From NCBI GenBank assembly GCA_028534125.1, contig CM052816.1, positions 51,772,001 to 51,836,000 on the forward strand: a stretch of 64,000 nucleotides of DNA, in the 5' to 3' direction. This DNA is from Lama glama. Its lineage: Eukaryota. The notes under the pieces were generated by a model. That model had not been told where the DNA came from and did no database searches. It worked only from the letters and a program-made list of their open reading frames with translations. Both the position numbers and the translations under genes were made by a program. Numbering within the stretch: the first letter of the stretch is position 1; every line of letters begins with the position of its first letter. Positions 40,570 through 52,401 of this stretch are shown here, piece by piece.

Positions 40570-40715
40570 GTTTTCTCATTGCCATTTTACAGGTGAGGAA
40601 ACTGAGATGAGAGAAGTTAAATAACTTGGCTACAGTCCCATAGGTAGTGAGTGGCAGTGCTAGGTCTATAATAAATGGTCCAACTCCAAAGCTATGCTTT
40701 TTCACTGACCTTCTG
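40570..40715 (+). mobile_element. MIR SINE
   Basis: Core CCATTTTACAGGTGAGGAAACTGAGATGAGAGAAGTTAAATAACTTG. Confidence 0.75.
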
Positions 40716-41305
40716 CAAGGGAACCCAGAACGTGACACAGTAAGTGTCTAGAACATGATGGTACCAGCATCACATTAACAGAAGACAATATCCTCCCTAA
40801 AGCTTTAGACATCATAGGCTTTACCGTGGGGACCTTAAGACATCAGCTAAGCTAAAGATAAGAAAGTTACGTGATCCCATACCAGACAATCAAATAAGAA
40901 AAACTTCACAAACAAAAATTACTTACAAATGTGAACAGTGTGTATCAACCCTTCTAGCTGAGATTAAATTTATAACACTATTTTTTTAAATCTTACATTA
41001 GTTTGAGAAATAATCCCTTTGCTTCTGTTATGTTTAAAAGCAGATATTTATAACATACTCTCACAAATTATGCTGAAGCAAGCACATAGTTTGAAATGTA
41101 CATGTTAGTTTTTTCCTATTTGATATATTAATATATCAAGTCACATTACGTAAAAAGTCTAGAACATAAATAGTGCTTGATAAAAAGAAATTCTCAAGAT
41201 TTTGCCACTTATTCAAGAATTTATTTAAGAAGTGGCTAAGTGTACATTAAATCACAACTGCATGATGACTTTCCACTTTTGACATACATGATCAACAGTA
41301 CTCAC

Positions 41306-41398
41306 CATCAGCGTAGAGTCCTTTGGGATTATCAGGACAAGATCTGGACAGATGCCCCATTTCTCCACAAACAAAACATTTTGCAAAGGGAAATTCAC
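41306..41398 (-). CDS. ZCCHC9: ZCCHC9 coding exon 3 (knuckle 3)
   Basis: ttatag| and |gtgagt; EFPFAKCFVCGEMGHLSRSCPDNPKGLYAD; 93 nt. Confidence 0.94.
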
Positions 41399-41652
41399 CT
41401 ATAACGATCAACAGTTCCTGGTGAGTTGGTTATATATATTACAAGTCATGTAATTCATATTATTTTAAAATACTCTGAGAAGAAAACATATTCATTTTTA
41501 CATAATTTAAAGTTGACTCTCATTTGATTTCAAAATATTAAGTGGCACAGTCATAACAAACCCTGTCAACAGAAAAAAAAAAAAACTAGTTGCCTACTTA
41601 TTGGCCACTTTCTCCATTAAACAAATAAAAAACTGACAGAAAAAAAACATAC

Positions 41653-41803
41653 CAAGAGCTGGGTCCACTTTAGCCTTGCACTTGGTTATTTCATGCTCTG
41701 TGGATCCACACCGATAACATATTCCAGTGCCCATTTCTTGACTCTCAAGAGCAGCTGGGCAATCTGCAATCCCATGGCCAGGTTTTCTACAATGGAAACA
41801 TAC
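41653..41803 (-). CDS. ZCCHC9: ZCCHC9 coding exon 2 (knuckles 1-2)
   Basis: tcccag| and |gtatgt; VCFHCRKPGHGIADCPAALESQEMGTGICYRCGSTEHEITKCKAKVDPAL; 151 nt. Confidence 0.95.
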
Positions 41804-44375
41804 CTGGGAAAACAAAATGTGAGTTTCCACACTGTATAACTACTCTGGCTTTATTAATTCTACTCATCAAAAAAATCTTTAAAACATTTCTCATTTTAAA
41901 GTTATCTAGCTCGTGTTTTGAAATCTCCATACTTTATCTGTAGAAAAAAGTTCCTAAACCATAAAAATGTCGTTTCCATCAGAGGATCTCAGTGCTTTTG
42001 AAAGCCTTCAATACATAAATCTATCAGTCTCAGACACAAAGTTATAAATGTCTTTGTAGGAGGTAGTTGCTTAAATAAATTAAGCAAAAAAGGACATTTG
42101 TTTCACTAATGGGGATGTCCACACCAGAAAAACTGAGTTTTCTGAAGCAGACAGACAATGACCATAAAAATTACCACTCAAAATTAATACTTTCACTTTT
42201 AAAGTTCATATGATTAAATGAATTTGGGTAAAATTATTCCATTTAAATTATAATTCAAATCATAAGATATATTTTATACCAGAAAGTACATCTTAAAGTT
42301 TTTATATCTTTAATATTCGTAAATAGGCAGAGGTTTCATTTTTAGTATATATTCTCATTTTAAAGGTATAATTCTAAGCCGAATTATCTGGCTTCAACAC
42401 AACACTGAACAATGGTTTGGTTGCTTTACATACTACTTAGCAATTTGGAGGATAATTTTTACTGCAATGAATGAGAATATCAGTCATAATCAAAGATGGT
42501 AGATATTTAAACTATTTTATTTAAACTGAAAAAAATATATATATTTCTTGGATAACAAATAGTTCATCATTTAATTTTTTTTTCCAAAATAAGCACACGT
42601 TTCTGAAAAAAGCAAATTCAACAGGCAAAATAAAACAATATTTTGCAACTATATCCTCACTTTTTTTTTTTCTGTTTAATAACATATTGGAAAAGAATGA
42701 GTCCCTTTATTCTTCATCAACTTTTACATTTAGAATGAGCTGGTCCAAACAAAGAAAATGCATTTATTTGAGAACTGCAGGAAAAGCTACTGCTAAAAAC
42801 TGGATTACCACGATTAAGAAGTCTTAGTTTCTAGGTGAAGTCAAGGTGGTCTCTAGTAACCTGACAGTTCACTGATTAGGTTTTTAATCTTTAAAGCCTA
42901 ATCTTTACCGAATAAAATTTCTTGAGTGATCCTTAAATTTAATGTAGACAGGACTGTGGAGAGCGGACTGGCAAATTTCTATACCTTAATCAACTTATTA
43001 ATAATGAAGAACTGATGCTTAGTGTGAGGTAATAAAAAAATAACAAGAAAACAAGTTGAAGGTAGGTCACAAGAAGTCATATACTATTTAAAGTATATGC
43101 TTTAACATAAAGCATTTCTTTAAAAAAAAAAAAGAAGTCTTTCTCCTTTTAATTACAAACATAAAACTTCTCTTAAAATGTCACAACATTAAACTTTTTC
43201 CAAAAGTATGCAATTCACCACACTGCCCATGACAATGAAATTATCTTTAAGTTATACTAACATGACTTTAAAATATTTTAAAATAATTGTATAATTCAAG
43301 CAAAACTATCTTGATACAAATAGAAATGATTATCTTTTCTAGGAATATTCCATCAGTATCATCTTTAAAAATGATACTGCATAGAATCCTGCAAATAGAA
43401 GACACATTTATGAAGGCTGTCACATTTCAAGCCTGCATTGGTGCAAACGGGGCTCTACATTTACTAATCCTTATTTTTTTTTAAAAAGTGTAAAATGGCA
43501 ACAAATTCTTACTCTTACGTAGTATCCTGCTAAAAGACGTGGTAAATTCAATTAGAGGAATTATACTAAGAATTTCATTTCCTCAGTCTGACAGTTTAAA
43601 ATCTAGGGCTAGGCACCACAGAAATAAACCTGCAGCTCCCAGCATTCCTCTGAGTGGACATAAGGAGGGACGGAGCAATGACTAGGGAGAGTCTCAAGGA
43701 ATTTTAACTCTCTTACTCTGCTCTGTTACTAACCAGTGTGTTTCTTACCAGATCTCCTTCCTATGCCTCAGTTTTTCATGAATAAAGATAACACCCTTTC
43801 CAACTAACAGACACCACACATATTTAACCAGTTGTACTTAGCCTTCCCCTTTACTTCATCTTTTTTTAAAATGGCTGTTTGAAAAAGGGCTGTTGGAAGG
43901 GGTGAGAATATAGGTTTTCAAGTCAGACTCTGTGTTTAAATTTTTTTCCTTTTTTTGGTTGGACTGCACAGATCTAGCAGCCCACTAAGGTTGATATGTA
44001 TTTAATAACACATATACTCATATAGTGCCAGCCACTATTCTAACTAGTCAAATATTAACACCTTTTCCTGGGTTTGAATTTCACCTCTGCTACTAAGTGA
44101 CTTTCAGCAAGATACTTAACCTATCTGTACATCAATGTTTTCTACCCATGAGAATGCCACCATTTTTTTAATGTTGTGGTAATTAATCAGCACCTCAAGT
44201 GCTCAGCATATAGGAGGTGCTAAAAACAAGTCCAAGTGTTATTACTAGCCCTCAAAAAGTTGCCTTATAAATCCAGTACATAACAGTAATCAGTCTGCTA
44301 AAACACATGTGTATGAGTGAATGAATAAGTTTCTAGTCATATAAAATAACATTTTGGTAGAAGTGATAATCTTAC

Positions 44376-44759
44376 CATTGCATTTTTCTTTGCTGCTTGT
44401 CTTTTTAATCTTCTTCCTTCCCGACGATTATCTTTCTTTAAAGCAATTGCAACTTCTTCCCTTACTTCCTGACTGTCTGTTGCTATCATCTCCTCATTGT
44501 TAACCATCTGTGAGTTTTGTCTTAGGTATTCCATGAATCCATTCACATCTTCATTTAAGTATTCCTTTTTCTTCTTATTCCTTTTGTGTTTTGCTTGGGG
44601 CACATCATTTTTAAGGCACAGCCTGTTGGCTTTAAGTTGTTCACTCTTTGGTAGGTTTTGGCTTTTTCCCTCAAAGGACCCCTTCTTCATGTCCTCCCAT
44701 GATGTTGCAGGAAAGGGTCTTTTGTTATGTGTGGTAGTAACTCGTGCCCACCTGGTCAT
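44376..44759 (-). CDS. ZCCHC9: ZCCHC9 first coding exon
   Basis: ATG at 44759; MTRWARVTTTHNKRPF...RRLKRQAAKKNAM then |gtaaga; 384 nt; the five exons total 816 nt = 271 aa plus stop. Confidence 0.95.
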
Positions 44760-45479
44760 GGCTTCATCAGAGGTACCTCATCAATCCCTAAGACAAGTAT
44801 GGCCAGTTAGTTATCATTTAAAAGAAAAAAAAATACATGCTATATCACACACATGCGTCATGTGTTAAAGTTTTAATTATTTAAAGCAGTTCTTACTTCA
44901 CTTAGATATCTATATTTAATCCTATAATATGTTGCATAGATATGCCTGTAATGTAAATCTAGCCCTTACCAGAGACCTGACCACTCCAGTAAAAAACAAA
45001 CAACAACACAACCACGGATATAAATACTTGCTTCAAAGGAGAAAACAATTCATTAAGAAACCAAATTATTCCCAAAATTTAAATCACATAGTAATAGTGA
45101 ATGAAGTTACTCTTTCCAAATTCTGCAGTTTTCTCAGCCATTTACTTTCCTATCTCTAAGTCCCAAGTCTACTTTCTTCCAATCTTCCTTAGTCTGCCTT
45201 TGCATAGCAAGTAAGTATACACAAACCCTGTCCGTGGAGGTGAAGCTTGTCATTACAACTCTTTCTGGCAGATTGACAAGTAAAATATATAAAAGCGTGT
45301 GCAATTACGGGATGATACTATGTCTTCTCCTAGGAATTAGAGTGTAAACTACTTCCAGCCCAGTTGTTTCAAATTGTTTTCAATTAGTAAGCCGCGTCCC
45401 TTTTAAGGCAGCATTTCGTGCAACAACCAGTGTAAAATCCTCAGCTCCTGCCAAAATATCCTTCAACACAAGCTGAGGA

Positions 45480-46200
45480 GCCAGGGAACAGGTGTGAGAC
45501 GCGGCACGCCACTTCACATCACGCGCGCACACTCGTCGCTGCAGGACCTGTGACTGTCACAGCGGGGACCGGGGCTGTTCAAGAGGAAGTGAATTAGCCT
45601 TCCCCTGAGTACATGGGACGTGGGAAGCTCTGAGTACAGGCTTGGCCGGGACCCTCCGCCCGACGGGCCGCAGTGAGGCCGGACCTGCCAGCCCAAGCGA
45701 TAGCCCCCTCCAGCTGAGGCCGGTCCCCACGCCGGAGCCCTCAGGCCAGCCGCGGAGCCGGGCGCTCCAGCCCCACCTGGCACTGGGCACCCTCAGGAAT
45801 GTAGCTGCCTGTCCCTCCGCCCTCCTTCCGCCCTCCCCCCGGGTCACAGGGAACTGAAGAAGAGACCCTACCACTCGCCTGCCCCGCGCACAACTTCTTA
45901 CCACGCATGAATCCTCCAGCGCGACGGAGTTATCAAGCCAGAGAAGCCCGCCCCCTGAGGCGGCGTCCGCACTCGGGAGCGGAAGCACGTCTTCCCTGAG
46001 AGCGCGTCATTTCCGGCGGGCCCTAGGCTGAAGGGCGCATGTGCAGCTGACGGGCGCTATGGTCCCTCCCTGCGCCGGTAAAAGTGACTGATTTTAGTGC
46101 ACGTGGGGTGCCCAGTGTTTGACGGGCACTGCGCTGGACGCCGGAGGCGCGAAGGTGAAGAGTGCTAAATCCGTGCTATTGAACACACAGCACAGTGGGA
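45480..46200. promoter_or_regulatory. CpG island / ZCCHC9 promoter
   Basis: The only GC- and CpG-dense stretch in the window; ETS motifs GCGGAAG (45979-45985, +) and CCGGAAAT (46009-46016, -); NRF1-like GCGCATGTGC (46035-46044). Confidence 0.85.
45902..45990 (-). other. ZCCHC9: Predicted ZCCHC9 non-coding exon 1 (5' end approximate)
   Basis: Strong donor GTG|gtaaga at 45902/45901 inside the CpG island, just downstream of ETS motifs; matching acceptor tcttag| at 44788-44789 with a CTAAC branch motif. Confidence 0.6.
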
Positions 46201-46559
46201 GGATCCGTGGGGTGGGAGAGGCCTGGAAGGCTTCCTCGAGAAGTTGATCTTTGAACTGGACTTTGAGAAATATATCAAAAATTTGTTGAAACTGGCGTCG
46301 GGAGGGAGTTACGTCTTTCCAAACAGACGTGAAGTACAGCTTAGGATCACGGTGATAGAAATCTAAAAAGGATATTCGGGGCTCTGTTGGGTGGAGGGCG
46401 GTGCCCCACTGTCCTGCCCAATGCTAGTTAAGCATTCAATTCGAATACATTGTGGAGCCAAAGATTTTCTCTCTTTTAGAGGGAAACCCTAGTCTCTTAA
46501 GCAACTCGTCTCAACAGTGCCCCTCCCCCCGCGCCCCCCAAACGCTACCACCAGCAGTT

Positions 46560-47275
46560 GTGCATAGTGGAAAATTTGGCATCCAAGCTCACCAGGAAAA
46601 CTGCCCATCCCCATCATCTTGCTTGATTCATTTCACCTCTTGAATATCTGTCCGCTTTTCGCTACGACTACCTCCTTTGTTCCAACTTTCATTATGTCAC
46701 ATCTGGATTACTGGCAGCTCGTCTGGACATCCATTCTTGCTCTACTCCCTCAAATCCATTTTCCCTGCTTTAGCAAAGCGAACTTTTGAAATGCAAATCG
46801 AATTGTTGCTCTGCTTTAAACCCTCCCACAGTTTCCCATGGTTCTTAGGATGAAGTTCAAACTTACTCAAACAAGGTGTTAAGTCACTGCTTACTTCGCT
46901 AGCGTCACCATGCACAATCTCCCTCTCTTCTTTGAGCTCCATGCAGAGGAGTCTTTCCTCAGTTTCTCAAATAACACATGCATCTTACTATCTCTAGGCC
47001 TTTGTATATGCTATTCTCTGTATGGTACTCCTTTTCTTCTTCCAGTTAATTTCTACTCACCCTTCAAGGCTTTTAACATTTTATTTCCAAGTAAGCTTTC
47101 CAAAGCCCCTCTTCCCCAGACTAGACCAATTGCTAGTATGCACTCACAGCAGTCTGTAATTCCTTATGGCACTTTTCAAATTTGTAATTGCACAATGAAT
47201 TGTGTAATAAGTTGTTTATTGTATCTTCATTGCCTGGTATATAGTTGGTGCTCAATATGTTTTGTTAACTAAATG
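46560..47275 (+). mobile_element. L2 3' fragment
   Basis: TTGCTCTGCTTTAAACCCTCCCACAGTTTCCCATGG block; ends GGTGCTCAATATGTTTTGTTAACTAAATGAA. Confidence 0.7.
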
Positions 47276-47789
47276 AAGAATATGTATTTTGCAATGCTTG
47301 TTAAAACAAGGTGGAAATGGCTCTATTTTAAGAAGAGAGATTAAAGTCAAGGCTATAGGAATATTGGAATTTAGTATGGTAAATATCATAAATACACTAG
47401 GTCTTATGGTGGGGAAAGTTTTAAAAGATTTTTTTCTTAACCCCCCAGCTCTTGAAGAGAGGGAGCTTCCTAAAAGAGGTATGATAGTGCTCCTCATACC
47501 ATAATGTTCTTAACTAGTTGGCTGCAGGTTCTATATAATCTGACATTTCATGAAGAGGTTTTCTTTCTTAGATGCCAGGTACTTGCACATAATGTATACC
47601 ACTAGAGGGTGCATTCAACTAAAACTTGTCTTTAGTATTGTGCATGATTTGCAGAAGGTTGTTCATTCCTGGAAGTGAAGAAACACGATCTCAATTTGTT
47701 TTTGCGGAAGTGTGTCAAATAAAAATTAGTAGTTGAGTAAACCAGCCATAGAACTCCTTTAGGATTCAAAAGCAATTATTACTACTAAT

Positions 47790-48000
47790 AACAACTAACT
47801 TCCATTGAACCTATTAGCACTGTGTGTTTAATGCTTTACGTTCATTACCTAATTAATCTACCCAAAATCCTGACAAGAGGTAGGAACTATTTTCTCCATT
47901 TTATAATGAAGAAACAAGCTCAGAGAGCTGAAGTAACTTACCCAAGGTCACACATTTAGTAAGAAGCAGAGTAAGGATTTGAACCATGATCTCAGACCAA
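47790..48000 (+). mobile_element. MIR SINE
   Basis: Core CTCCATTTTATAATGAAGAAACAAGCTCAGAGAGCTGAAGTAACTTACCCAAGGTCACAC. Confidence 0.75.
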
Positions 48001-48445
48001 AGGTGTGAGCTCCACTATGTTGAAATACTGCAGGAGATTGTTTTGTCTGCTCCACCCTACTTTGAAATAGACTTTACTAAGTTATCCTTGCCCCTGGGAG
48101 GATTTTGTTTGTTTGTTTAGAATGTATTCACTTTAACAGTTCAAGGGGTTATCTGTTGATTACATTTTCATTCAGATATTACTGAAAGTGTAAATGTGTT
48201 ATTTTCATAGCAATATAATCCACAGGGCAAGTGTTAAGTTAGGAGCTAGAGTTTTGGTTATAAAAGGCTGAAGTACCTCATTTTTAGAAAATTGTGAAGT
48301 GTGTTATGCATACAGAAAAGGATATAAAACATATGAATTAATTATAAAGCACATGTTCATGTAAACACTGCCCAGTTTAAGAAGCTGACCATTGCCAGAT
48401 ACTGTTTTAAATCATATTAATGTAATTTTCTGCAGAGGCGGTACA

Positions 48446-48630
48446 TTTTATTTTATTTTTTAAAAATTCTTATTTTTTATTGAAGTGCAGTCTGTTTACA
48501 ATGTTAGTTTCAGGTGTACAGCAGAGCAATTCAGTTATACATATACATACATGTGTATTTTTTTTTCAGATCCTTTTCCATTACAGCTCACTACAAGAAA
48601 TTGAGTATAGTTCCTGTGCATTACAGTAGA
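48446..48630 (-). mobile_element. L1 3' end, antisense
   Basis: TTTTTATTGAAGTGCAGTCTGTTTACAATGTTAGTTTCAGGTGTACAGC; reverse complement of the tail type at 33279-33459. Confidence 0.8.
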
Positions 48631-50826
48631 GTAAGTTGAGATGGAGTTTAGTGAATCTAGAAAGGAGGGCTGGGACCAGCTATTACTAAATTAAACTTTT
48701 TTAAAAATGCCGAATCAAAATGTTTGCATTTTATCCTTTAGAACTTAAGCAATGAAGAACTATACATAGTTTTTTTGATCATACAGTAGATCCCATAAAG
48801 TAGATCTAGAGAAGAAGGTTAGATGTAAAAAAAGTGTACCTAATGCAGGGCTCGGAACCCTCTAGACACTTACTGAACATCATTAGAATATACGGAAAAC
48901 TAGAACAGGAGAGAGAGTGGAAGAATTGGTGATCCTATTGTTGAAATTGAAAATGAGATCCAGATCAGTGACATTCTAACAGCTTCTTTCTTAAAACTCT
49001 TGTGTTTTTTTAGCTGCTTTAAAGCCCTTACAATAAGGCCCATGGATAACAGAATTATGAGTTCCTTCTTTCTTCTTTAAATATTATTTTATAAATGTTC
49101 CTTAATGAGCATGCATTGCCTTTAAACTCATTATTAAAAAGTTTTTTAATCCATGGAAGTTTTGATACAGCACATGAGAATTTCCAGTTATATCTAGATT
49201 CATAGAAATATAGACCTTTAAAAATATTGTTTTACAGGTCAATAAATGAAGTATCAGAGAAGTGAAGTGATTGCCATAGGACACACTGCTAGTGACAGTT
49301 TTATTACCTGACATGCACATGGAGATGGCCCTATGTTTTTATTTTTTCATTTGATTCTTGGTTTCCTCACTCAGTAACAAAGTTACAAGCAGTTCTGCTT
49401 TATTTCAAAAGTGAAAGAAAACGGTATGTGAAGTGTCTAACAAGCAGGGGAAACCCACTAGTGGAAGTTGCTTGAGGTTGCCAGGCCATAAGAAATAGAA
49501 ATACTGTGAAGTTTGTGTTCTCCCCTGAAAAAGCTTGAATCTTTTTCATGTTCTTTGCTTAAACATGAGAAAGAATAGCAATTAATCACGACAATGATGT
49601 GGCCTTCTGACTCTCATTCCATCGTCTTCCGGTGTGTCTCTCAAGTTCGAGGTCCTAATTATGCATTTTAGCGGTTAGAGTGTCAAGTGCTTCAAATGAA
49701 CACTTAGATCTAAATTACAAGTCAGTGGTTAAGATTTGCAAGCTCTCCTCTCTGAAATGAGCACTTCCACCCCTCGTACTTATGTCTGAGGAAATGCTAC
49801 CTGGTATGGGACTTAGATTGTCCCTTCCAAGGGAACAGGGGGAAGTCTGTAGTTACAAATGGAATTCTGTAAAATAGAGTAGGTGAGGAAAAAGCTTTTT
49901 TGATATCCATCATTTGCCAATTCCCCATTAAAGACTAGATCTACAGAAATGACAGTCCTTGCTTTTACACAGCCAACAGCCTGTGAGGGTAAGACGTGGA
50001 CTCATAAACCACTAGTAAGGTGATAAATGAAGGAATTAACACTGATAGTACATATTACAGATAAATTCATTCTTTCTGGGAGACTTCTGGAAAACTTCAC
50101 AATAGAATGTGTTGCAGATAACTGGAAAGAGGGATTAGAATGGTGATGTGGAGGAGTCAATAAAGAAAATCTCTAACCACCCTCTCCAATAAGTTGAACT
50201 GCTTTGTGTAAATAAGGCCCACATTCACACACTTGCACATATGCATGAGTTTAAGCTAATATTTATAAAAGACCAAAGTGATTATAACCAAGTGGCCAAA
50301 ATATTTAGAACAGATTTAGTAACTACTATAAGAAATAATCTATCTGTAAGTCTCTGGGTAAAAAGTAATAATTTAAGAGGACCACATAGGAGCAAATAAC
50401 TAGCCCTCCGAAAAGTATGACATAGCAAATAAATGATCATGGGAAAAGAGGTCTCACAAATATTTTAAGAAATGTTTATGGACCAGGAGAATTTATAAAA
50501 TCATGTTTGTATTTACCCTGGAAGTTGTGAGTATATGATGCTGAGCTCTATGAAGATGAATTGGGCACCATGCAGAGCCCCAGAGATCTGTAATCTAGTG
50601 GAGGAGACAGGGAGATATGCCAGTAATACCCCAAGGAGTAAATGAAGGAGGCAAATGTGGAGCTGTGCCCAGGTGTGCCCAAGGCAGCTCAATATGGAAA
50701 TCACTAGCAAGTGTTCAAATAGAACATTGGCTAAATGGTGTTGCTTTAGGTATCTAAACTGTGTCTTGCAGCAGGAGAGCAAACCAGACAGAGGGACTTC
50801 TTTAAAGACCTGATCCAAACGTACAG

Positions 50827-51911
50827 TGACAGGGTTCAGGGCAGGCTGCCCCAAGATGTGCCACTCTGGTATGCTGATTATTATCAGCTGAAAACAAGCA
50901 AGGTCCAGAGGACTCAGGAAGAACCTTTGAACATCCCCCTTACTACCTTAAAGAATTGAGATAGGAGGCCCTGTCCCAGGAAGGAGTTATCAACATATAT
51001 AGCAACTATAGTAAGTAAGTATGAGGTAGGTGTGGCAGACAGGAAGGAACCCAGCGAGGCCCATTTGATTAAGGCCCTCTCTGTAGCCCATCATCTTTGG
51101 ATGGCCCAGCAAACATTTATTTACCAAACGATAACTCTTTTTATCGTCCTGTGCGTTACCTTACTTCCCTTTGAAGTCCCAGACCCCTACCTAGTTCTCC
51201 TCCGTCTAGAATAATATATATTCCTCATCTTGCCTTACGGTCTTGGGAATTCTTCATATTTATGAGGATTTTCCTATGCATATGCAATAAATTTCATTTT
51301 CTCCTATTAATCTGCCTTATGTAATTTTAATTGCCAGTGTAAACAAAGAAGAACAAAGAGTGTTTTTGTTCACCACCCGATTCTGCAAGGATTAAGCTGT
51401 AACCTGGTGCAGTCGCTGACCAACAGTGCTCTCTGAGAAGAAATTAAGATGATAACAGGATGAACCAGTCTGGGGCTCAGACAGAGGAAATTAAGATCAC
51501 AGGATGCTCTGTACCTTGGACAAGCAAGCCCCTTATACAGTCAGATGTATAGCTCAGGAAGAATTTTAATGAACTCGGATACTTGCATCTTCCCATAGAT
51601 AGAAAAACACTAAAATCAGCTTGAGATATCTCTTCTTTGTGACTAGCAGTAATCTTTTACCAAGATACATGATTAACTGTACAGATTCCCTAGCCAAAAG
51701 TCATATACGTGTGTGTGCGCGCGCGCGTACGCTTCTTCCCCTACCTTTTCAGAGCAGTTCCTCTGGGCTACTAAGAGGCTGTCTCTTGGGCTGCAGTCTT
51801 CAGAAAAAATCCCTGAATAAAGCAAACTCACAGCTCTTGCTTTGTGCCTTTTCAAGTTGGTACCAGATGAAAGAACCAAGAGGGGAGAGAGACGGAAACT
51901 GCCCTCCCACA
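50827..51911 (+). mobile_element. ERV1-type solo LTR (MER34-like), interrupted by a second LTR
   Basis: TG...CA ends, 4-bp TSD ACAG at 50823-50826 and 51912-51915; internal AATAAA near 51286. Confidence 0.75.
51338..51862 (+). mobile_element. Nested solo LTR
   Basis: Starts TGTAAAC, ends GTTGGTA, 4-bp TSD CCAG at 51334-51337 and 51863-51866; AATAAA about 40 nt before the end. Confidence 0.72.
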
Positions 51912-52300
51912 ACAGTCTTCAACCTAGAGGTGTTGCTGCTTTCCCTGGATTGGCCGTTTGTTTTTAAAAATATATTTAGGATAGTGGTGATTACACAGCA
52001 GTGTAAGTGTGCTTAGTGCCACTGAATTGCACACTTCAAAATGGTCAATTTTATGTGTGTTTTACCACAGTTTAAAAAAATAGAAAAATTTTATTTGACC
52101 TTTTTATGAGTAGTATTTTCACCGTGATTCTCTTGAAGCTTACTTTTTACATCTTTATTTACTATTTAAGAAGCTTTTCTTAAATTTAAGAAGCAGGATA
52201 TTATCCGTGTATAATTTGCCTACCTTATCACAAAATCAGTCATCAGTTTCAATTTTAAAAGTGCTATTTGTGGTGCACAAAGCATTAAAATTTTTTAAAA

Positions 52301-52401
52301 TTTTATTTATTTATTTTTTAATGAAGGTACTGAGGATTGAACCTAGGACCCCATCCTATGCATGCTAAGCACATGATCTACCAGTGAGCTATACCCTCCC
52401 C
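52301..52401 (-). mobile_element. tRNA-derived SINE (Vic-1-like)
   Basis: The - strand reads GGGGAGGGTATAGCTCACTGGTAG...GGTCCTAGGTTCAATCCTCAGTACC plus an A-rich tail. Confidence 0.82.

Noticed and set aside
39350..41803. CCHC knuckles as a retroviral gag/nucleocapsid remnant
   Set aside because: They are spliced, in-frame exons of the host gene ZCCHC9
45514..45988. ORFs of 71-143 aa within the CpG island
   Set aside because: Expected from stop-codon scarcity in GC-rich DNA; low-complexity G/A/P/R peptides that cross the predicted exon 1 donor or lie in intron 1
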